Below are positions 41,401 through 55,950 of a stretch of DNA of 64,000 nucleotides, piece after piece (position 1 is the stretch's first letter; each line of letters opens with the position of its first letter). Below the pieces are notes generated by a model. It ran no database searches. It was given only the letters and a program-made list of their open reading frames with translations, and had not been told where the DNA came from. The translations under genes were made by a program, and so were the position numbers. This DNA is from Eledone cirrhosa (lineage: Eukaryota). The DNA lies in the NCBI GenBank assembly GCA_964016885.1, contig CAXHJY010000096.1, positions 2,790,001-2,854,000 of the forward strand, given 5' to 3'.

Positions 41401-44400
41401 AAAAATCAGGGGGAGATAATTTGTAAAAAAAATCAGGGGGAGATAATTTGTAAAAAAAAATCAGGGGTAGATAATTTGTAAAAAAAAATCAGGGGGAGAT
41501 AATTTGTAAAAAAAAATCAGGGGGAGATAATTTGTAAAAAAAATCAAGGGGAGATAATTTCCAGCCGTCCAAGGAGAGATAATTTTAAAAAAAATCAGGC
41601 GGAGATAATTTGTAAAAAAAAATTAGGGGGAGATAATTTGTAAAAAAAAATCAGGGGGAGATAATTTGTAAAAAAAATCAAGGGGAGATAATTTCCAGCC
41701 GTCCAAGGGGAGATAATTTTCAGCCGTCCAAGGGGAGATAATTTCCCGCCAGCCAAGGGAAGATAATATTCAAAAAAATCAGGCGGAGATAATTTGTAAA
41801 AAAAATCAGGGGGAGATAATTTGTAAAAAAATCAGGGGGAGATAATTTGTAAAAAAAAAAATCAGGGGGAGATAATTTGTAAAAAAAATCAGGGGGAGAT
41901 AATTTGTAAAAAAAAATCAGGGGTAGATAATTTGTAAAAAAAAATCAGGGGGAGATAATTTGTAAAAAAAAATCAGGGGGAGATAATTTGTAAAAAAAAT
42001 GAAAGGGGAGATAATATCCAGCCGTCCAAGGGGAGATAATTTCCAGCCGTTAAGGGGAGATAATTTCCAGCCGTCCAAGGGGAGATAATTTCCATCCTTC
42101 CAAGGGGATATAATTTCCAGCCGTCCAAGGGGAGATAATTTCCATCCTTCCAAGGGGATATAATTTCCAGCCGTCCAAGGGGAGATAATTTTCAGCCGTC
42201 CAAGGAGAGGTAATTTCTAGCCGTCCAAGGAGAGATAATTTCCAGCCGTCCAAGGGGAGATAATTTCCAGCCGTCCAAGGGGAGATAATTTCCAGCCGTC
42301 CAAGGAGACATATTTTCCAGCCGTCCAAGGAGAGGTAATTCCTAGCCGTCCAAGGGGAGATAAATTCCAGCCTCCAAGGGGAGATAATTTCCAGCCAGCC
42401 AAGGGGAGATAATTTGTAAAAAAAATCAGGGGGAGATAATTTGTAAAAAAAATCAGGGGGAGATAATTTGTAAAAAAAAATCAGGGGGAGATAATTTGTA
42501 AAAAATAATCAGGGGGAGATAATTTGTAAAAAAAATCAAGGGGAGATAATTTCCAGCCGTCCAAGGGGAGATAATTTTCAGCCGTCCAAGGGGAGATAAT
42601 TTCCCGCCAGCCAAGGGAAGATAATATTTAAAAAAATTAGGCGGAGATAATTTGTAAAAAAATCAGGGGGAGATAATTTGTAAAAAAAATCAGGGGGAGA
42701 TAATTTGTAAAAAAAATCAGGGGGAGATAATTTGTAAAAAAAAATCAGGGGGAGATAATTTGTAAAAAAAATCAAGGGGAGATAATTTCCAGCCGTCCAA
42801 GGGAAGATAATTTCCAGCCCTCCAAGGGGCTATAATTTCCAGCGTCCAAGGGGAGATAATTTCCAGCCAGCGAAGGGGAGATAATTTTTTTTAAAAAATC
42901 ATTGGGAGATTTGTAAAAAAAATCAGGGGGAGATAATTTGTAAAAAAAATCAAGGGAAGATAATTTCCAGCCGTCCAAGGGGAGGTAATATCTAGCCGTC
43001 CAAGGGGAGATAATTTCCAGCCGTCCAAGGGGAGATAATTTCCAGCCGTCCAAGGGTAGATAATATCCAGCCGTCCAAGGACATATTTTCCAGCCGTCCA
43101 AGGAGAGGTAATTTCTAGCCGTCCAAGGGGAGATAAATTCCAGCCTCCAAGGTGAGATAATTTCCAGCCAGCCAAGGGGAGATAATTTGTAAAAAAATCA
43201 GGGGGAGATAATTTGTAAAAAAAATCAGGGGGAGATAATTTGTAAAAAAAAATCAGGGGGAGATAATTTGTAAAAAAAAATCAGGGGGAGATAATTTGTA
43301 AAAAAAAATCAGGGGGAGATAATTTGTAAAAAAATCAAGGGGAGATAATTTCCAGCCGTCCAAGGGGAGATAATTTTCAGCCGTCCAAGGGGAGATAATT
43401 TCCCGCCAGCCAAGGGAAGATAATATTTGAAAAAATCAGGCGGAGATAATTTGTAAAAAAAATCAGGGGGAGATAATTTGTAAAAAAATCAGGGGGAGAT
43501 AATTTGTAAAAAAAAAATCAGGGGGAGATAATTTGTAAAAAGAATCAGGGGGAGATAATTTGTAAAAAAAAATCAGGGGTAGATAAATTGTAAAAAAAAA
43601 TCAGGGGGAGATAATTTGTAAAAAAAATCAGGGGGAGATAATTTGTAAAAAAAATGAAAGGGGAGATAATATCCAGCCGTCCAAGGGGAGATAATTTCCA
43701 GCCGTCCAAGGGGAGATAATTTCCAGCCGTCCAAGGGGAGATAATTTCCATCCTTCCAAGGGGATATAATTTCCAGCCGTCCAAGGGGAGATAATTTCCC
43801 GCCAGCCAAGGGAAGATAATTTTTAAAAAAATCAGGCGGAGATTGTAAAAAAAATCAGGGGGGAGATAATTTGTAAAAAAATCAGGGGGAGATAATTTGT
43901 AAAAAAAAATCAGGGGGAGATAATTTGTAAAAAATATTCAGGGGGAGATAATTTGTAAAAAAAATCAAGGGGAGATAATTTCCAGCCGTCCAAGGGGAGA
44001 TAATTTCCCGCCAGCCAAGGGAAGATAATATTTAAAAAAATTAGGCGGAGATAATTTGTAAAAAAAATCAGGGGGAGATAATTTGTAAAAAAATCAGGGG
44101 GAGATAATTTGTAAAAAAATTCATGGGGAGATAATTTGTAAAAAAAAATCAGGGGTAGATAATTTGTAAAAAAAAATCAGGGGGAGATAATTTGTAAAAA
44201 AAAATCAGGGGGAGATAATTTGTAAAAAAAATCAAGGGGAGATAATTTCCAGCCGTCCAAGGGGAGATAATTTTCAGCCGTCCAAGGAGAGGTAATTTCT
44301 AGCCGTCCAAGGGGAGATAATTTCCAGCCGTCCAAGGGGAGGTAATTTCCAGCCGTCCAAGGGGAGATAATTTTAAAAAAAAAATCAGTCGGAGATAATT

Positions 44401-44900
44401 TGTAAAAAAAATCAAGGGGAGATAATTTGCAGCCGTCCAAGGGGAGATAATTTTCAGTCGTCCAAGGAGAGGTAATTTCTAGCCGTCCAAGGGGAGATAA
44501 TTGCCAGCCGTCCAAGGGGAGATAATTTCCAGCCGTCCAAGGGGAGATAATTTTTTTTAAAAAATCAGGCGGAGATAATTTGTAAAAAAAATCAGGGGGA
44601 GATAATTTGTAAACAAAATCAGGGGGAGATAATTTGTAAAAAAAAATCAGGGGGAGATAATTTGTAAAAAAAATCATGGAGAGATAATTTCCAGCCGTCC
44701 AAGGTGAGATAATTTCCAGCCGTCCAAGGAGACATATTTTCCAGCCGTCCAAGGCGAGGTAATTTCTAGCCGTCCAAGGGGAGATAAATTCCAGCCTCCA
44801 AGGGGAGATAATTTCCAGCTAGCCAAGTGGAGATAATTTGTAAAAAAATCAGGGGGAGATAATTTGTAGAAAATATCAGGGAGATAATTTGTAAAAAAAA
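23480..44900 (+). repeat. Higher-order duplication, offset ~11.8-12.1 kb
   Basis: ORF offsets are 11794 (23700/35494 through 25089/36883), 11793 (26582/38375), 12007 (27990/39997, 28673/40680, 29910/41917) and 12088 (32089/44177). Shared private variants include GTCCCAGGGTAG (~28950/40957), CAGTCGGAG (~32298/44386) and CCAGCTAGCC (~32727/44815). Confidence 0.9.
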
Positions 44901-47900
44901 ATCAGGGGGAGATAATTTGTAAAAAAAATCAGGGGGAGATAATTTGTAAAAAAAAATCAGGGGGAGATAATTTGTAAAAAAAATCAAGGGGAGATAATTT
45001 CCAGCCGTCCAAGGGGAGATAATTTTCAGCCGTCCAAGGGGAGATAATTTCCCGCCAGCCAAGGGAAGATAATATTTAAAAAAATCAGGCGGAGATAATT
45101 TGTAAAAAAAATCAGGGGGAGATAATTTGTAAAAAAATCAGGGGGAGATAATTTGTAAAAAAAAAATCAGGGGGAGATAATTTGTAAAAAAAATCAGGGG
45201 GAGATAATTTGTAAAAAAAAATCAGGGATAGATAATTTGTAAACAAAAATCAGGGGGAGATAATTTGTAAAAAAAAATCAGGGGGAGATAATTTGTAAAA
45301 AAAATGAAAGGGGAGATAATATCCAGCCGTCCAAGGGGAGATAATTTCCAGCCGTCCAAGGGGATATAATTTCCAGCCGTCCAAGGGGAGATAATTTCCA
45401 TCCTTCCAAGGGGATATAATTTCCAGCCGTCCAAGGGGAGATAATTTCCCGCCAGCCAAGGGAAGATAATTTTTAAAAAAATCAGGCGGAGATTGTAAAA
45501 AAAATCAGGGGGGAGATAATTTGTAAAAAAATCAGGGGGAGATAATTTGTAAAAAATAATCAGGGGGAGATAATTTGTAAAAAAATTCAAGGGGAGATAA
45601 TTTCCAGCCGTCCAAGGGGAGATAATTTCCCGCCAGCCAAGGGAAGATAATATTTAAAAAAATTAGGCGGAGATAATTTGTAAAAAAAATCAGGGGGAGA
45701 TAATTTGTAAAAAAATCAGGGGGAGATAATTTGTAAAAAAAATCAGGGGGAGATAATTTGTAAAAAAAATCATGGGGAGATAATTTGTAAAAAAAAATCA
45801 GGGGTAGATAATTTGTAAAAAAAAATCAGGGGGAGATAATTTGTAAAAAAAAATCAGGGGGAGATAATTTGTAAAATAAATCAAGGGGAGATAATATCCA
45901 GCCGTCCAAGGAGAGATAATTTAAAAAAAAAATGAGGCGGAGATAATTTGTAAAAAAAAAATCAGGGGGAGTTAATTTGTAAAAAAAAATGAGGGGGAGA
46001 TAATTTGTAAAAAAAATCAAGGGGAGATAATTTCCAGCCGTCCAAGGGGAGATAATTTTCAGCCGTCCAAGGAGAGGTAATTTCTAGCCGTCCAAGGGGA
46101 GATAATTTCCAGCCGTCCAAGGGGAGGTAATTTCCAGCCGTCCAAGGGGAGATAATTTTAAAAAAAAAATCAGGCGGAGATAATTTGTAAAAAAAATCAA
46201 GGGGAGATAATTTGCAGCCGTCCAAGGGGAGATAATTTTCAGTCGTCCAAGGAGAGGTAATTTCTAGCCGTCCAAGGGGAGATAATTTCCAGCCGTCCAA
46301 GGGGAGATAATTTCCAGCCGTCCAAGGGGAGATAATTTTTTTTAAAAAATCAGGCGGAGATAATTTGTAAAAAAAATCAGGGGGAGATAATTTGTAAACA
46401 AAATCAGGGGGAGATAATTTGTAAAAAAAAATCAGGGGGAGATAATTTGTAAAAAAAATTAGGCGTAGATAATTTGTAAAAAAAAATCAGGGGGAGATAA
46501 TTTGTAAAAAAAAATCAGGGGGAGATAATTTGTTTAAAAAATCAAGGGGAGATAATTTGCAGCCGTCCAAGGGGAGATAATTTTCAGCCGTCCAAGGAGA
46601 GGTAATTTCTAGCCGTTCAAGGGGAGATAATTTCCAGCCGTCCAAGGGGAGATAATTTCCAGCCGTCCAAGGGGAGATAATTTTTTTTAAAAAATCAGGC
46701 GGAGATAATTTGTAAAAAAAAATCAGGGGGAGATAATTCGTAAAAAAAAATCAGGGGGAGATAATTTGTAAAAAAAAATCAGGGGGAGATAATTTGTAAA
46801 AAAAATCAAGGGGAGATAATTTCCAGCCGTCCAAGGGGAGGTAATATCTAGCCGTCCAAGGGGAGATAATTTCCAGCCGTCCAAGGGGAGATAATTTCCA
46901 GCCGTCCAAGGGGAGATAATTTCCAGCCGTCCAAGGAGACATATTTTCCAGCCGTCCAAGGCGAGGTAATTTCTAGCCGTCCAAGGGGAGATTAATTCCA
47001 GCCTCCAAGGGGAGATAATTTCCAGCCAGCCAAGGGGAGATAATTTGTAAAAAAATCAGGGGGAGATAATTTGTAAAAAATATCAGGGAGATAATTTGTA
47101 AAAAAAAATCAGGGGGAGATAATTTGTAAAAAAAATCAGGGGGAGATAATTTGTAAAAAAAAATCAGGGGGAGATAATTTGTAAAAAAAATCAAGGGGAG
47201 ATAATTTCCAGCCGTCCAAGGGGAGATAATTTTCAGCCGTCCAAGGAGAGGTAATTTCTAACCGTCCGAGGAGAGATAATTTCCAGCCGTCCAAGGGGAG
47301 ATAATTTCCAGCCGTCCAAGGGGAGATAATTTCCAGCCGTCCAAGGAGACATATTTTCCAGCCGTCCAAGGAGAGGTAATTTCTAGCCGTCCAAGGGGAG
47401 ATAAATTCCAGCCTCCAAGGGGAGATAATTTCCAGCCAGCCAAGGGGAGATAATTTGTAAAAAAATCAGGGGGAGATAATTTGCAAAAAAAATCAGGGGG
47501 AGATAATTTGTAAAAAAAATCAGGGGGAGATAATTTGTAAAAAATAATCAGGGGGAGATAATTTCCAGCCGTCCAAGGGAAGATAATTTCCAGCCCTCCA
47601 AGGGGCTATAATTTCCAGTGTCCAAGGGGAGATAATTTCCAGCCAGCGAAGGGGAGATAATTTTTTTTAAAAAATCATTGGGAGATTTGTAAAAAAAATC
47701 AGGGGGAGATAATTTGTAAAAAAAATCAAGGGGAGATAATTTCCAGCCGTCCAAGGGGAGGTAATATCTAGCCGTCCAAGGGTAGATAATTTCCAGCCGT
47801 CCAACGGGAGATAATTTCCAGCCGTCCAAGGGTAGATCATATCCAGCCGCCCAAGGACATATTTTCCAGCCGTCCAAGGAGAGGTAATTTCTAGCCGTCC

Positions 47901-48929
47901 AAGGGGAGATAATTTCCAGCCGTCCAAGGGTAGATAATATCCAGCCGTCCAAGGACATATTTTCCAGCCGTCCAAGGAGAGGTAATTTCTAGCCGTCCAA
48001 GGGGAGATAAATCCCAGCCTCCAAGGGGAGATAATTTCCAGCCAGCCAAGGGGAGATAATTTGTAAAAAAATCAGGGGGAGATAATTTGTAAAAAAAATC
48101 AGGGGGAGATAATTTGTAAAAAAAAATCAGGGGGAGATAATTTGTAAAAAAAAATCAGGGTGAGATAATTTGCAAAAAAAATCAGGGGGAGATAATTTGT
48201 AAAAAAAAATCAGGGGTAGATAATTTGTAAAAAAAAATCAGGGGGAGATAATTTGTAAAAAAAAATCAGGGGGAGATAATTTGTAAAAAAAATCAAGGGG
48301 AGATAATTTCCAGCCGTCCAAGGAGAGATAATTTAAAAAAAAATCAGGCGGAGATAATTTGTAAAAAAAAATCAGGGGGAGATAATTTGTAAAAAAAATC
48401 AGGGGGAGATAATTTGTAAAAAAAAATCAGGGGTAGATAATTTGTAAAAAAAAATCAGGGGGAGATAATTTGTAAAAAAAAATCAGGAGGAGATAATTTG
48501 TAAAAAAAATCAAGGGGAGATAATTTCCAGCCGTCCAAGGAGAGATAATTTAAAAAAAAATCAGGCGGAGATAATTTGTAAAAAAAAATCAGGGGGAGAT
48601 AATTTGTAAAAAAAAATCAGGGGGAGATAATTTGTAAAAAAAATCAAGGGGAGATAATTTCCAGCCGTCCAAGGGGAGATAATTTTCAGCCGTCCAAGGG
48701 GAGATAATTTCCCGCCAGCCAAGGGAAGATAATATTCAAAAAAATCAGGCGGAGATAATTTGTAAAAAAAATCAGGGGGAGATAATTTGTAAAAAAATCA
48801 GGGGGAGATAATTTGTAAAAAAAAAAATCAGGGGGAGATAATTTGTAAAAAAAATCAGGGGGAGATAATTTGTAAAAAAAATCAGGGGTAGATAATTTGT
48901 AAAAAAAAATCAGGGGGAGATAATTTGTA

Positions 48930-51900
48930 AAAAAAAATCAGGGGGAGATAATTTGTAAAAAAAATGAAAGGGGAGATAATATCCAGCCGTCCAAGGGGAG
49001 ATAATTTCCAGCCGTCCAAGGGGAGATAATTTCCAGCCGTCCAAGGGGAGATAATTTCCATCCTTCCAAGGGGATATAATTTCCAGCCGTCCAAGGGGAG
49101 ATAATTTCCATCCTTCCAAGGGGATATAATTTCCAGCCGTCCAAGGGGAGATAATTTTCAGCCGTCCAAGGAGAGGTAATTTCTAGCCGTCCAAGGAGAG
49201 ATAATTTCCAGCCGTCCAAGGGGAGATAATTTCCAGCCGTCCAAGGGGAGATAATTTCCAGCCGTCCAAGGAGACATATTTTCCAGCCGTCCAAGGAGAG
49301 GTAATTCCTAGCCGTCCAAGGGGAGATAAATTCCAGCCTCCAAGGGGAGATAATTTCCAGCCAGCCAAGGGGAGATAATTTGTAAAAAAAATCAGGGGGA
49401 GATAACTTGTAAAAAAAATCAGGGGGAGATAATTTGTAAAAAAAAATCAGGGGTAGATAATTTGTAAAAAATAATCAGGGGGAGATAATTTGTAAAAAAA
49501 ATCAAGGGGAGATAATTTCCAGCCGTCCAAGGGGAGATAATTTTCAGCCGTCCAAGGGGAGATAATTTCCCGCCAGCCAAGGGAAGATAATATTTAAAAA
49601 AATTAGGCGGAGATAATTTGTAAAAAAAATCAGGGGGAGATAATTTGTAAAAAAATCAGGGGGAGATAATTTGTAAAAAAAATCAGGGGGAGATAATTTG
49701 TAAAAAAAATCAGGGGGAGATAATTTGTAAAAAAAAATCAGGGGGAGATAATTTGTAAAAAAAATCAAGGGGAGATAATTTCCAGCCGTCCAAGGGAAGA
49801 TAATTTCCAGCCCTCCAAGGGGCTATAATTTCCAGCGTCCAAGGGGAGATAATTTCCAGCCAGCGAAGGGGAGATAATTTTTTTTAAAAAATCATTGGGA
49901 GATTTGTAAAAAAAATCAGGGGGAGATAATTTGTAAAAAAAATCAAGGGGAGATAATTTCCAGCCGTCCAAGGGGAGGTAATATCTAGCCGTCCAAGGGG
50001 AGATAATTTCCAGCCGTCCAAGGGGAGATAATTTCCAGCCGTCCAAGGGTAGATAATATCCAGCCGTCCAAGGACATATTTTCCAGCCGTCCAAGGAGAG
50101 GTAATTTCTAGCCGTCCAAGGGGAGATAAATTCCAGCCTCCAAGGTGAGATAATTTCCAGCCAGCCAAGGGGAGATAATTTGTAAAAAAATCAGGGGGAG
50201 ATAATTTGTAAAAAAAATCAGGGGGAGATAATTTGTAAAAAAAAATCAGGGGGAGATAATTTGTAAAAAAAAATCAGGGGGAGATAATTTGTAAAAAAAA
50301 ATCAGGGGGAGATAATTTGTAAAAAAATCAAGGGGAGATAATTTCCAGCCGTCCAAGGGGAGATAATTTTCAGCCGTCCAAGGGGAGATAATTTCCCGCC
50401 AGCCAAGGGAAGATAATATTTGAAAAAATCAGGCGGAGATAATTTGTAAAAAAAATCAGGGGGAGATAATTTGTAAAAAAATCAGGGGGAGATAATTTGT
50501 AAAAAAAAAATCAGGGGGAGATAATTTGTAAAAAGAATCAGGGGGAGATAATTTGTAAAAAAAAATCAGGGGTAGATAAATTGTAAAAAAAAATCAGGGG
50601 GAGATAATTTGTAAAAAAAATCAGGGGGAGATAATTTGTAAAAAAAATGAAAGGGGAGATAATATCCAGCCGTCCAAGGGGAGATAATTTCCAGCCGTCC
50701 AAGGGGAGATAATTTCCAGCCGTCCAAGGGGAGATAATTTCCATCCTTCCAAGGGGATATAATTTCCAGCCGTCCAAGGGGAGATAATTTCCCGCCAGCC
50801 AAGGGAAGATAATTTTTAAAAAAATCAGGCGGAGATTGTAAAAAAAATCAGGGGGGAGATAATTTGTAAAAAAATCAGGGGGAGATAATTTGTAAAAAAA
50901 AATCAGGGGGAGATAATTTGTAAAAAAAAATCAAGGGGAGATAATTTCCAGCCGTCCAAGGGGAGATAATTTCCCGCCAGCCAAGGGAAGATAATATTTA
51001 AAAAAATTAGGCGGAGATAATTTGTAAAAAAAATCAAGGGGAGATAATTTGTAAAAAAATCAGGGGGAGATAATTTGTAAAAAAAATCAGGGGGAGATAA
51101 TTTGTAAAAAAATTCATGGGGAGATAATTTGTAAAAAAAAATCAGGGGTAGATAATTTGTAAAAAAAAATCAGGGGGAGATAATTTGTAAAAAAAAATCA
51201 GGGGGAGATAATTTGTAAAAAAAATCAAGGGGAGATAATTTCCAGCCGTCCAAGGGGAGATAATTTTCAGCCGTCCAAGGAGAGGTAATTTCTAGCCGTC
51301 CAAGGGGAGATAATTTCCAGCCGTCCAAGGGGAGGTAATTTCCAGCCGTCCAAGGGGAGATAATTTTAAAAAAAAAATCAGGCGGAGATAATTTGTAAAA
51401 AAAATCAAGGGGAGATAATTTGCAGCCGTCCAAGGGGAGATAATTTTCAGTCGTCCAAGGAGAGGTAATTTCTAGCCGTCCAAGGGGAGATAATTGCCAG
51501 CCGTCCAAGGGGAGATAATTTCCAGCCGTCCAAGGGGAGATAATTTTTTTTAAAAAATCAGGCGGAGATAATTCGTAAAAAAAATCAGGGGGAGATAATT
51601 TGTAAACAAAATCAGGGGGAGATAATTTGTAAAAAAAAATCAGGGGGAGATAATTTGTAAAAAAAATCATGGAGAGATAATTTCCAGCCGTCCAAGGTGA
51701 GATAATTTCCAGCCGTCCAAGGAGACATATTTTCCAGCCGTCCAAGGCGAGGTAATTTCTAGCCGTCCAAGGGGAGATAAATTCCAGCCTCCAAGGGGAG
51801 ATAATTTCCAGCCAGCCAAGTGGAGATAATTTGTAAAAAAATCAGGGGGAGATAATTTGTAAAAAATATCAGGGAGATAATTTGTAAAAAAAAATCAGGG

Positions 51901-54900
51901 GGAGATAATTTGTAAAAAAAATCAGGGGGAGATAATTTGTAAAAAAAAATCAGGGGGAGATAATTTGTAAAAAAAATCAAGGGGAGATAATTTCCAGCCG
52001 TCCAAGGGGAGATAATTTTCAGCCGTCCAAGGGGAGATAATTTCCCGCCAGCCAAGGGAAGATAATATTTAAAAAAATCAGGCGGAGATAATTTGTAAAA
52101 AAAATCAGGGGGAGATAATTTGTAAAAAAATCAGGGGGAGATAATTTGTAAAAAAAAAATCAGGGGGAGATAATTTGTAAAAAAAATCAGGGGGAGATAA
52201 TTTGTAAAAAAAATCAAGGGGAGATAATTTCCAGCCGTCCAAGGGGAGATAATTTTCAGCCGTCCAAGGGGAGATAATTTGTAAAAAAAATCAAGGGGAG
52301 ATAATTTCCAGCCGTCCAAGGGGAGATAATTTCCCGCCAGCCAAGGGAAGATAATATTTAAAAAAATCAGGCGGAGATAATTTGTAAAAAAAATCAGGGG
52401 GAGATAATTTGTAAAAAAATCAGGGGGAGATAATTTGTAAAAAAAAAATCAGGGGGAGATAATTTGTAAAAAAAATGAAAGGGGAGATAATATCCAGCCG
52501 TCCAAGGGGAGATAATTTCCAGCCGTCGAAGGGGAGATAATTTCCAGCCGTCCAAGGGGAGATAATTTCCATCCTTCCAAGGGGATATAATTTCCAGCCG
52601 TCCAAGGGGAGATAATTTCCATCCTTCCAAGGGGATATAATTTCCAGCCGTCCAAGGGGAGATAATTTTCAGCCGTCCAAGGAGAGGTAATTTCTAGCCG
52701 TCCAAGGAGAGATAATTTCCAGCCGTCCAAGGGGAGATAATTTCCAGCCGTCCAAGGGGAGATAATTTCCAGCCGTCCAAGGAGACATATTTTCCAGCCG
52801 TCCAAGGAGAGGTAATTCCTAGCCGTCCAAGGGGAGATAAATTCCAGCCTCCAAGGGGAGATAATTTCCAGCCAGCCAAGGGGAGATAATTTGTAAAAAA
52901 AATCAGGGGGAGATAACTTGTAAAAAAAATCAGGGGGAGATAATTTGTAAAAAAAAATCAGGGGTAGATAATTTGTAAAAAATAATCAGGGCGAGATAAT
53001 TTGTAAAAAAAATCAAGGGGAGATAATTTCCAGCCGTCCAAGGGGAGATAATTTTCAGCCGTCCAAGGGGAGATAATTTCCCGCCAGCCAAGGGAAGATA
53101 ATATTTAAAAAAATTAGGCGGAGATAATTTGTAAAAAAAATCAGGGGGAGATAATTTGTAAAAAAATCAGGGGGAGATAATTTGTAAAAAAAATCAGGGG
53201 GAGATAATTTGTAAAAAAAATCAGGGGGAGATAATTTGTAAAAAAAAATCAGGGGGAGATAATTTGTAAAAAAAATCAAGGGGAGATAATTTCCAGCCGT
53301 CCAAGGGAAGATAATTTCCAGCCCTCCAAGGGGCTATAATTTCCAGCGTCCAAGGGGAGATAATTTCCAGCCAGCGAAGGGGAGATAATTTTTTTTAAAA
53401 AATCATTGGGAGATTTGTAAAAAAAATCAGGGGGAGATAATTTGTAAAAAAAATCAAGGGGAGATAATTTCCAGCCGTCCAAGGGGAGGTAATATCTAGC
53501 CGTCCAAGGGGAGATAATTTCCAGCCGTCCAAGGGGAGATAATTTCCAGCCGTCCAAGGGTAGATAATATCCAGCCGTCCAAGGACATATTTTCCAGCCG
53601 TCCAAGGAGAGGTAATTTCTAGCCGTCCAAGGGGAGATAAATTCCAGCCTCCAAGGTGAGATAATTTCCAGCCAGCCAAGGGGAGATAATTTGTAAAAAA
53701 ATCAGGGGGAGATAATTTGTAAAAAAAATCAGGGGGAGATAATTTGTAAAAAAAAATCAGGGGGAGATAATTTGTAAAAAAAAATCAGGGGGAGATAATT
53801 TGTAAAAAAAAATCAGGGGGAGATAATTTGTAAAAAAATCAAGGGGAGATAATTTCCAGCCGTCCAAGGGGAGATAATTTTCAGCCGTCCAAGGGGAGAT
53901 AATTTCCCGCCAGCCAAGGGAAGATAATATTTGAAAAAATCAGGCGGAGATAATTTGTAAAAAAAATCAGGGGGAGATAATTTGTAAAAAAATCAGGGGG
54001 AGATAATTTGTAAAAAAAAAATCAGGGGGAGATAATTTGTAAAAAGAATCAGGGGGAGATAATTTGTAAAAAAAAATCAGGGGTAGATAAATTGTAAAAA
54101 AAAATCAGGGGGAGATAATTTGTAAAAAAAATCAGGGGGAGATAATTTGTAAAAAAAATGAAAGGGGAGATAATATCCAGCCGTCCAAGGGGAGATAATT
54201 TCCAGCCGTCCAAGGGGAGATAATTTCCAGCCGTCCAAGGGGAGATAATTTCCATCCTTCCAAGGGGATATAATTTCCAGCCGTCCAAGGGGAGATAATT
54301 TCCCGCCAGCCAAGGGAAGATAATTTTTAAAAAAATCAGGCGGAGATTGTAAAAAAAATCAGGGGGGAGATAATTTGTAAAAAAATCAGGGGGAGATAAT
54401 TTGTAAAAAAAAATCAGGGGGAGATAATTTGTAAAAAAAAATCAAGGGGAGATAATTTCCAGCCGTCCAAGGGGAGATAATTTCCCGCCAGCCAAGGGAA
54501 GATAATATTTAAAAAAATTAGGCGGAGATAATTTGTAAAAAAAATCAAGGGGAGATAATTTGTAAAAAAATCAGGGGGAGATAATTTGTAAAAAAAATCA
54601 GGGGGAGATAATTTGTAAAAAAATTCATGGGGAGATAATTTGTAAAAAAAAATCAGGGGTAGATAATTTGTAAAAAAAAATCAGGGGGAGATAATTTGTA
54701 AAAAAAAATCAGGGGGAGATAATTTGTAAAAAAAATCAAGGGGAGATAATTTCCAGCCGTCCAAGGGGAGATAATTTTCAGCCGTCCAAGGAGAGGTAAT
54801 TTCTAGCCGTCCAAGGGGAGATAATTTCCAGCCGTCCAAGGGGAGGTAATTTCCAGCCGTCCAAGGGGAGATAATTTTAAAAAAAAAATCAGGCGGAGAT

Positions 54901-55950
54901 AATTTGTAAAAAAAATCAAGGGGAGATAATTTGCAGCCGTCCAAGGGGAGATAATTTTCAGTCGTCCAAGGAGAGGTAATTTCTAGCCGTCCAAGGGGAG
55001 ATAATTGCCAGCCGTCCAAGGGGAGATAATTTCCAGCCGTCCAAGGGGAGATAATTTTTTTTAAAAAATCAGGCGGAGATAATTTGTAAAAAAAATCAGG
55101 GGGAGATAATTTGTAAACAAAATCAGGGGGAGATAATTTGTAAAAAAAAATCAGGGGGAGATAATTTGTAAAAAAAATCATGGAGAGATAATTTCCAGCC
55201 GTCCAAGGTGAGATAATTTCCAGCCGTCCAAGGAGACATATTTTCCAGCCGTCCAAGGCGAGGTAATTTCTAGCCGTCCAAGGGGAGATAAATTCCAGCC
55301 TCCAAGGGGAGATAATTTCCAGCCAGCCAAGTGGAGATAATTTGTAAAAAAATCAGGGGGAGATAATTTGTAAAAAATATCAGGGAGATAATTTGTAAAA
55401 AAAAATCAGGGGGAGATAATTTGTAAAAAAAATCAGGGGGAGATAATTTGTAAAAAAAAATCAGGGGGAGATAATTTGTAAAAAAAATCAAGGGGAGATA
55501 ATTTCCAGCCGTCCAAGGGGAGATAATTTTCAGCCGTCCAAGGGGAGATAATTTCCCGCCAGCCAAGGGAAGATAATATTTAAAAAAATCAGGCGGAGAT
55601 AATTTGTAAAAAAAATCAGGGGGAGATAATTTGTAAAAAAATCAGGGGGAGATAATTTGTAAAAAAAAAATCAGGGGGAGATAATTTGTAAAAAAAATCA
55701 GGGGGAGATAATTTGTAAAAAAAATCAAGGGGAGATAATTTCCAGCCGTCCAAGGGGAGATAATTTTCAGCCGTCCAAGGGGAGATAATTTGTAAAAAAA
55801 ATCAAGGGGAGATAATTTCCAGCCGTCCAAGGGGAGATAATTTCCCGCCAGCCAAGGGAAGATAATATTTAAAAAAATCAGGCGGAGATAATTTGTAAAA
55901 AAAATCAGGGGGAGATAATTTGTAAAAAAATCAGGGGGAGATAATTTGTA
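48930..55950 (+). repeat. Near-perfect tandem duplication, unit 3511 bp
   Basis: A constant 3511 offset holds for ORF pairs 48938/52449, 49183/52694, 49544/53055, 49765/53276, 50538/54049, 51170/54681, 51759/55270 and 52131/55642. The marker GATAACTTG is at 49401 and 52912. Confidence 0.93.
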
